Assembly: GCA_963701665.1 (NCBI GenBank) | Contig: OY969622.1 | Coordinates: 992,001-1,056,000, forward strand | Origin: Candidatus Babeliales bacterium | Lineage (GTDB): Bacteria; Babelota; Babeliae; Babelales; JANWKD01 | Length of the DNA: 64,000 nt | Direction of reading: 5' to 3' | In this document: positions 59,665 through 64,000 of the stretch, one piece after another | Numbering within the stretch: position 1 is the first letter of the stretch | Layout: every line of letters begins with the position of its first letter | Made by a program: the position numbers and the translations under genes | The notes under the pieces: generated by a model | What the model saw: only the letters and a program-made list of their open reading frames with translations | Told to the model about the DNA's origin: nothing | Databases searched by the model: none

Positions 59665-60675
59665 TTAATTATTGTGTTCTTTGTGTTTGTTAATCTTTTT
59701 TGCTTCATGCAGACGCTCTTTAAAACGCTCTTTTCTCGTGTAACAGGATGGATGAGAATCAAAGAGTGAAGTTGTTGCTTTTTGCACTTCTTCACGAATC
59801 TCTTTTTTTTCTTTTTTGTTTGCTAAAAAAATGGATGGCGCCATTGCCTCTTCATATCTTTTTTGATCTCTTTTGAAATGATGAATGGCAGCTTGTAAAA
59901 TTTTAGGGTTATCGACAACAACGTTATCATCGGCACGTTGCTCAATATATCTTTGACATCCCATTAACAGCATCAGATTTCCGTACCCTTTTGCAACACC
60001 AAGCGGTAACGCAAGAAGATTTCTGATCCATCGTCTAGTTGGTTTAAAAGGTTTTTTGCAAAAATAATAAAGACCTTCGGTACATAGAGGGATAGCCAAC
60101 CCTAGCGCAAGTTTCTGCTTTGTATCGCAATAATAAACATGATTTGCTTCGTGTCTGTAGATAAATTTCTGTTCAGCTAACTCTTTGTTACGTTGTTTCT
60201 TGGTATAATAATTTTTTCTGGTCCTATTCTTTTCTAAGACTCCCTCCAATTTTGAGGTCACTTCTTTAGTATTTTGATCAAGGTAACTATGTACAAATAC
60301 TGTATTATCAGTGGAACTGGAACCACCTATTCCGGCATCACCTTTGGGCAAAAGAAATCGTTTAATTCTAACACCTTCAGGATTTGCAATATTCTGTATA
60401 GCAAGCTGCTCTCTAATAAACTGTTTGGCATCCTCAGTAGGTTCACCATACTTATCAATATCCCCGTGTAGTTCAGACCATAAGAGGGTTGACTTAGCTG
60501 CAGGAAATCCAGTTGGGGCAAATGCACAGCCATAATGAGCACAGGTTAACGCTGCAGTCCCGATAGTTGCTCCGACCGCTAAACTCCTTTTAAAGAGTGA
60601 TTTTTTCTCCATAGAAAAGGCGCAAGGCGTCATCAATACCATAGCTATAAATAAGCTCATTCCATAACTTTTCAT
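59665..60675 (-). CDS. Exported M48-like zinc metallopeptidase
   Basis: Signal ending AFS-MEK; HEANH, EQRADD, HPS...R. Confidence 0.65.
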   Translation of the reverse strand: MKSYGMSLFIAMVLMTPCAFSMEKKSLFKRSLAVGATIGTAALTCAHYGCAFAPTGFPAAKSTLLWSELHGDIDKYGEPTEDAKQFIREQLAIQNIANPEGVRIKRFLLPKGDAGIGGSSSTDNTVFVHSYLDQNTKEVTSKLEGVLEKNRTRKNYYTKKQRNKELAEQKFIYRHEANHVYYCDTKQKLALGLAIPLCTEGLYYFCKKPFKPTRRWIRNLLALPLGVAKGYGNLMLLMGCQRYIEQRADDNVVVDNPKILQAAIHHFKRDQKRYEEAMAPSIFLANKKEKKEIREEVQKATTSLFDSHPSCYTRKERFKERLHEAKKINKHKEHNN

Positions 60676-60924
60676 AAATCCCCTAATAGCCTATTGCTTT
60701 CTATTTGAAACAAAGGTATATTTTTAAAAATTGCTACAATAATACCTTATAGCAGGTTAATTTCTATAATACCATATAATTTCATTTTGACAAGTCCAGG
60801 GAGAATATAGAGACAATATATTTACTTTTGGCTATTTTTTTTATGGCAAAAGGCCTAAAAACACCTTGGAATAAGAAAAGAGCGATTATGGGGTAAAAAG
60901 GCTAAGATTGTCCAAGAACCTACT

Positions 60925-61322
60925 TAACGTGAATTCAATAAGAAAACTTGAAATTAAATGTGAATAATAGCCCAAAGACGTCTTCCCGAGGCCTGCGATC
61001 CAGATAATAAAATTAATTCATTAAGGAAAATTTTATTATTGGATTCCCACGCTAACGCTCGGAATGACGAATATGCGCCAGTATGTCATCCCGAGAAGCG
61101 AAGCGACGTGGGGATCCAAACTTTAATTAATTCCTTAAGGATTTATAAATTATCTGGGTTCTACTTTGCTAAAGCTTCGTAGAACAGGTTGCCAGCTCCT
61201 TCGAAGCTCGTAGAGCGAAGTAGGATCGCAATGACACCTTTACCGTCAATCAACTTTATTAAATTGCTATATTCTTCTTTTAAATAACAAAAATTATCGT
61301 TGCTTAAATCGAACTCACGTTA
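60925..61322. repeat. Tandem palindromic elements (core 60979-61236) inside terminal inverted repeats; MITE-like
   Basis: Ends TAACGTGAATTCAAT / ATCGAACTCACGTTA; core is the reverse complement of 17436-17682. Confidence 0.8.
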
Positions 61323-61323
61323 T

Positions 61324-61989
61324 TTAAGTACGGCACAGAACAACTGCAGTTATTGAGGCAGGTTTCAACGCTAATAATGTCTTTGCAGCAGCTTTCAGTG
61401 TTGAACCTGTCGTCATAAGATCATCCACCAGTAAAAGATGCTTCCCTTCAAACTGATGCCCATCATGATCACGTAATGTAAAGGCGTTGGTAACGTTTTC
61501 TTTACGTTCAGCGGTAGAAAGAACCGATTGAAAAACCGTATATTTTTTGCGTCGTAATAGTTCAATCATCGGTTTTTTGCTTTTCTTTGCTAGTTCTTTG
61601 GCCATCATCGTTGCTTGATTATAACCTCGATACGCAAAGCGACGCCAATGCAATGGGATAGGAATAATATAATCACACGGCACGTGTGAAACGTTCGTCA
61701 GTTCCCAAATCAATTGTCCCATATAATGACTTGCTAATGAATCGAACCTGCTTTTTGCCAAGATAAGTGATTTCAGTGGCTCTTCATACGCACTCGCTGC
61801 GTAGGCTGTCATTGCCACAGAAGGCGTTATGGCAATTTTAGCTGACACAATTGGCCTTATTAAGGTCCGGCATTGCGGGCACAAAATGGTAGGTTCATCG
61901 AGCCATTTCTTACAATGAACACAAAACGAGGGCGTAAAAAAATACCGCAATCCATGAAACGCGGTTTTGAAAAAATTGTTAAAGGGCAC
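61324..61989 (-). CDS. comF: ComF-family protein (zinc-finger + PRTase-like)
   Basis: CxxC...CxxC, IPIPLH..R...RGYNQA, LLVDDLMTTGSTL. Confidence 0.9.
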   Translation of the reverse strand: MPFNNFFKTAFHGLRYFFTPSFCVHCKKWLDEPTILCPQCRTLIRPIVSAKIAITPSVAMTAYAASAYEEPLKSLILAKSRFDSLASHYMGQLIWELTNVSHVPCDYIIPIPLHWRRFAYRGYNQATMMAKELAKKSKKPMIELLRRKKYTVFQSVLSTAERKENVTNAFTLRDHDGHQFEGKHLLLVDDLMTTGSTLKAAAKTLLALKPASITAVVLCRT

Positions 61990-62449
61990 TGTAAACCTTT
62001 ACCCCATACAGCATAAGATGCATGCAGATGTTACTCAAAAATCCTGCAACAAGGTCATCTGCCATAATGCCAAAAGCACCGGGTAACTTTTCTGCATACC
62101 CAATGATGCTGAACTTAAAAATATCGAAAATTCTAAAAAGCACAAAAGCCAGCGCCCATGCCCACCATAAAGCTGGCAGCGCAAAACAAGCGAGTGCACA
62201 GCCAAAAACCTCATCAATAACAATTTCAGAAGGATCCTTTTGGCTAAATTGCGCGCGACATAAATAAATAAACGCGCAACTTATGCAAGTGCCAATGCCG
62301 ATAACGAGTGCGTACCATGAAAGTGGCAGCGCGCGCGCCAATAAAAAAGCGAACGGCAGCGTTACTAATGAAGCGCACGTTCCTGAAGCTGGCAAATAGC
62401 CAATAGGGCCGAGTGTCAGGAGAGGTTTGAGCATTGCACATTTATTCAT
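61979..62449 (-). CDS. pgpA: Phosphatidylglycerophosphatase A
   Basis: GYLPASGT, DPSEIVIDEVFG, FRIFDIFK, GIMADDLVAG. Confidence 0.92.
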   Translation of the reverse strand: MNKCAMLKPLLTLGPIGYLPASGTCASLVTLPFAFLLARALPLSWYALVIGIGTCISCAFIYLCRAQFSQKDPSEIVIDEVFGCALACFALPALWWAWALAFVLFRIFDIFKFSIIGYAEKLPGAFGIMADDLVAGFLSNICMHLMLYGVKVYSAL

Positions 62450-62903
62450 GGCGTAATCCCTCGAGCATAATAAAAAAAATACCTACCACGATTGCAACAT
62501 CGGCAACATTAAACACAGGAAAAGTCCACCCGCGCCAAGACACGATAATAAAATCAATAACGCCGGCATGCACAAAACGATCAATCACATTGGAAATAGC
62601 TCCGCCCAAAACGGCACATTCTGCAACTATTGCATGCCCTTCGCCATAACGTTGATACGTGTGATATAAAAAACCGCCAATAAAACAGGTAATAACAAAT
62701 GTAATAAAAAAGAAAAATGCGGTATGTTCTGAATGGAACATGCCCCATGAGATACCGCGATTCATATGTACTTGTAATGAAAGAAATGAGGTCAGTGTAT
62801 ACTGTGCATCAGTACTATAAAAATAAAGTTTAGTCAGTTGATCGAGCGCAATAATACATGAGACAAGAGATAGATACCATAAAGCATAACGATCACGACT
62901 CAT
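62442..62903 (-). CDS. lspA: Lipoprotein signal peptidase II
   Basis: DQLTK, NRGISWG, GAISNVIDR, VIDFI, FPVFNVAD. Confidence 0.95.
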   Translation of the reverse strand: MSRDRYALWYLSLVSCIIALDQLTKLYFYSTDAQYTLTSFLSLQVHMNRGISWGMFHSEHTAFFFFITFVITCFIGGFLYHTYQRYGEGHAIVAECAVLGGAISNVIDRFVHAGVIDFIIVSWRGWTFPVFNVADVAIVVGIFFIMLEGLRHE

Positions 62904-64000
62904 CGAATAGTTGCCCCAAGTTTTTTCACCATATTTGTGACCATCTCAGACACAGCATCCACTTCTTCACTCACGAGCGTTTTTTCCTGACTTGCCAGCG
63001 AGAAACGCATCGTTACTGAACGAACATCATGCCATTCCTTTTTTTGGAAGTAATCAATAAGTTCAACGGAAGTAATAAGTGGTGATACATCCTTGATGCG
63101 ACGTTCTAAATCACTCACGGTAATAGTAAGCGGAATTAACATGCTAATATCACGCCACGAATCTTGATATTTGTGGAGTGGTTTGAACAAAGCAACTTTT
63201 GAGGACAGTTCAAGCAACATATCGCCATCAAGTTCTAACACAAATGCCGATCCTTCAACGGCTTTATGTAAAAATGCTGGATATGCCATGCCAGCATACC
63301 CTAGAAGCTTACCATCGATTTCAAGACGCGCGGTCTGATAAGGATGAAACCACGGCGCGTGTTTATCGGATTTTTGCCACGCGACATCTAAAGCGAGTGC
63401 ACTAAATAGTTGCGCGCACAATTCTTTTTTTTCAAAAAAATTAATCTCTTTCTTTGCATCAAAAAAAATTGCTGCAAAAGATGTTTTTTCTTGTAGTTTA
63501 TGATCCGATTCTCGATGCCAAATTTTGTTAATCTCAAAAAAGTTAAAGGCGTCCTTATGCGTCGCATTTGTGTGTACATTTTTAATAAGATTGGGCACCA
63601 AACTGGTAACCAGCCGGAACATCGTATGAGAAACGGGATTTTTGATAGCAACGGTATCGCCTGGATCCCAAGAAAGGAGTTTCAAAAATTCTTCATCATA
63701 CACAGCATAATTTCTCGTTTCATGCGCACGCCCTGCATATGCCATATATTCTTTGATAGCATTTATGCGCTCAAAACGCAGTAAATTAGCCGGATTACTT
63801 GGTAAACGAGGCAATTGATGCGCAATAGCATCATAGCCAAAAAAGCGGCCAATCTCTTCGACAATATCCTGTTTATTAAGAACATCTTTTGTGCTTCTGA
63901 AACTCGGCACTTGAAGAACGTACGCCGTTTGACCGTCGCGCGTTTCTTTTTTTACGCCAAATGATAAACGCGTGAGCGTTGATGCCACAAACTGTTCATC
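62900..64000 (-). CDS. pheT: Phenylalanyl-tRNA synthetase beta subunit, C-terminal part (starts beyond the window)
   Basis: VPSFR..D....DIVEEIGRFFGYD B5 motif, NP...LVTSLVPNL, FHPYQTA, RDISML...KTL..EEV anticodon-binding domain. Confidence 0.93.
   Translation of the reverse strand, partial: DEQFVASTLTRLSFGVKKETRDGQTAYVLQVPSFRSTKDVLNKQDIVEEIGRFFGYDAIAHQLPRLPSNPANLLRFERINAIKEYMAYAGRAHETRNYAVYDEEFLKLLSWDPGDTVAIKNPVSHTMFRLVTSLVPNLIKNVHTNATHKDAFNFFEINKIWHRESDHKLQEKTSFAAIFFDAKKEINFFEKKELCAQLFSALALDVAWQKSDKHAPWFHPYQTARLEIDGKLLGYAGMAYPAFLHKAVEGSAFVLELDGDMLLELSSKVALFKPLHKYQDSWRDISMLIPLTITVSDLERRIKDVSPLITSVELIDYFQKKEWHDVRSVTMRFSLASQEKTLVSEEVDAVSEMVTNMVKKLGATIR

Overview
AT-rich bacterial chromosome segment. 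Its gene content suggests an intracellular parasite of protists, most likely Dependentiae/Babeliae (TM6); this assignment is inference. Housekeeping and envelope genes (murG, PBP1A, rnpB, gpsA, uppS, rsmA, mreB, tRNA-Ser(CGA), glmU, sbcD, two PPIase-like foldases, comF, pgpA, lspA, partial pheT) alternate with blocks of signal-peptide-bearing, eukaryote-like candidate effectors (ankyrin, F-box-like, BC-box-like/WD40, Cys-rich hairpin proteins). Main observations: (1) two loci share the layout exported AAA+ ATPase -> ~1000-aa exported protein with a toxin-like C-terminal tip -> coupled immunity-like gene(s), a candidate new polymorphic toxin system; (2) about 20 candidate effectors have a signal peptide followed directly by Met-[Glu/Asp/Gln]; (3) a signal-peptide-bearing homologue of mitochondrial ATAD3 lies next to an M48-like protease and ahead of a 7-gene overlapping, mosaic ankyrin array; (4) three effector insertions are bracketed by a second copy of the 3' end of the neighbouring gene, two of them diverged mainly at synonymous sites; (5) nested palindromic repeats with co-varying terminal inverted repeats, a 6S-like RNA and a P18-less RNase P RNA. 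All family calls come from motifs recognised by eye; no searches were run.
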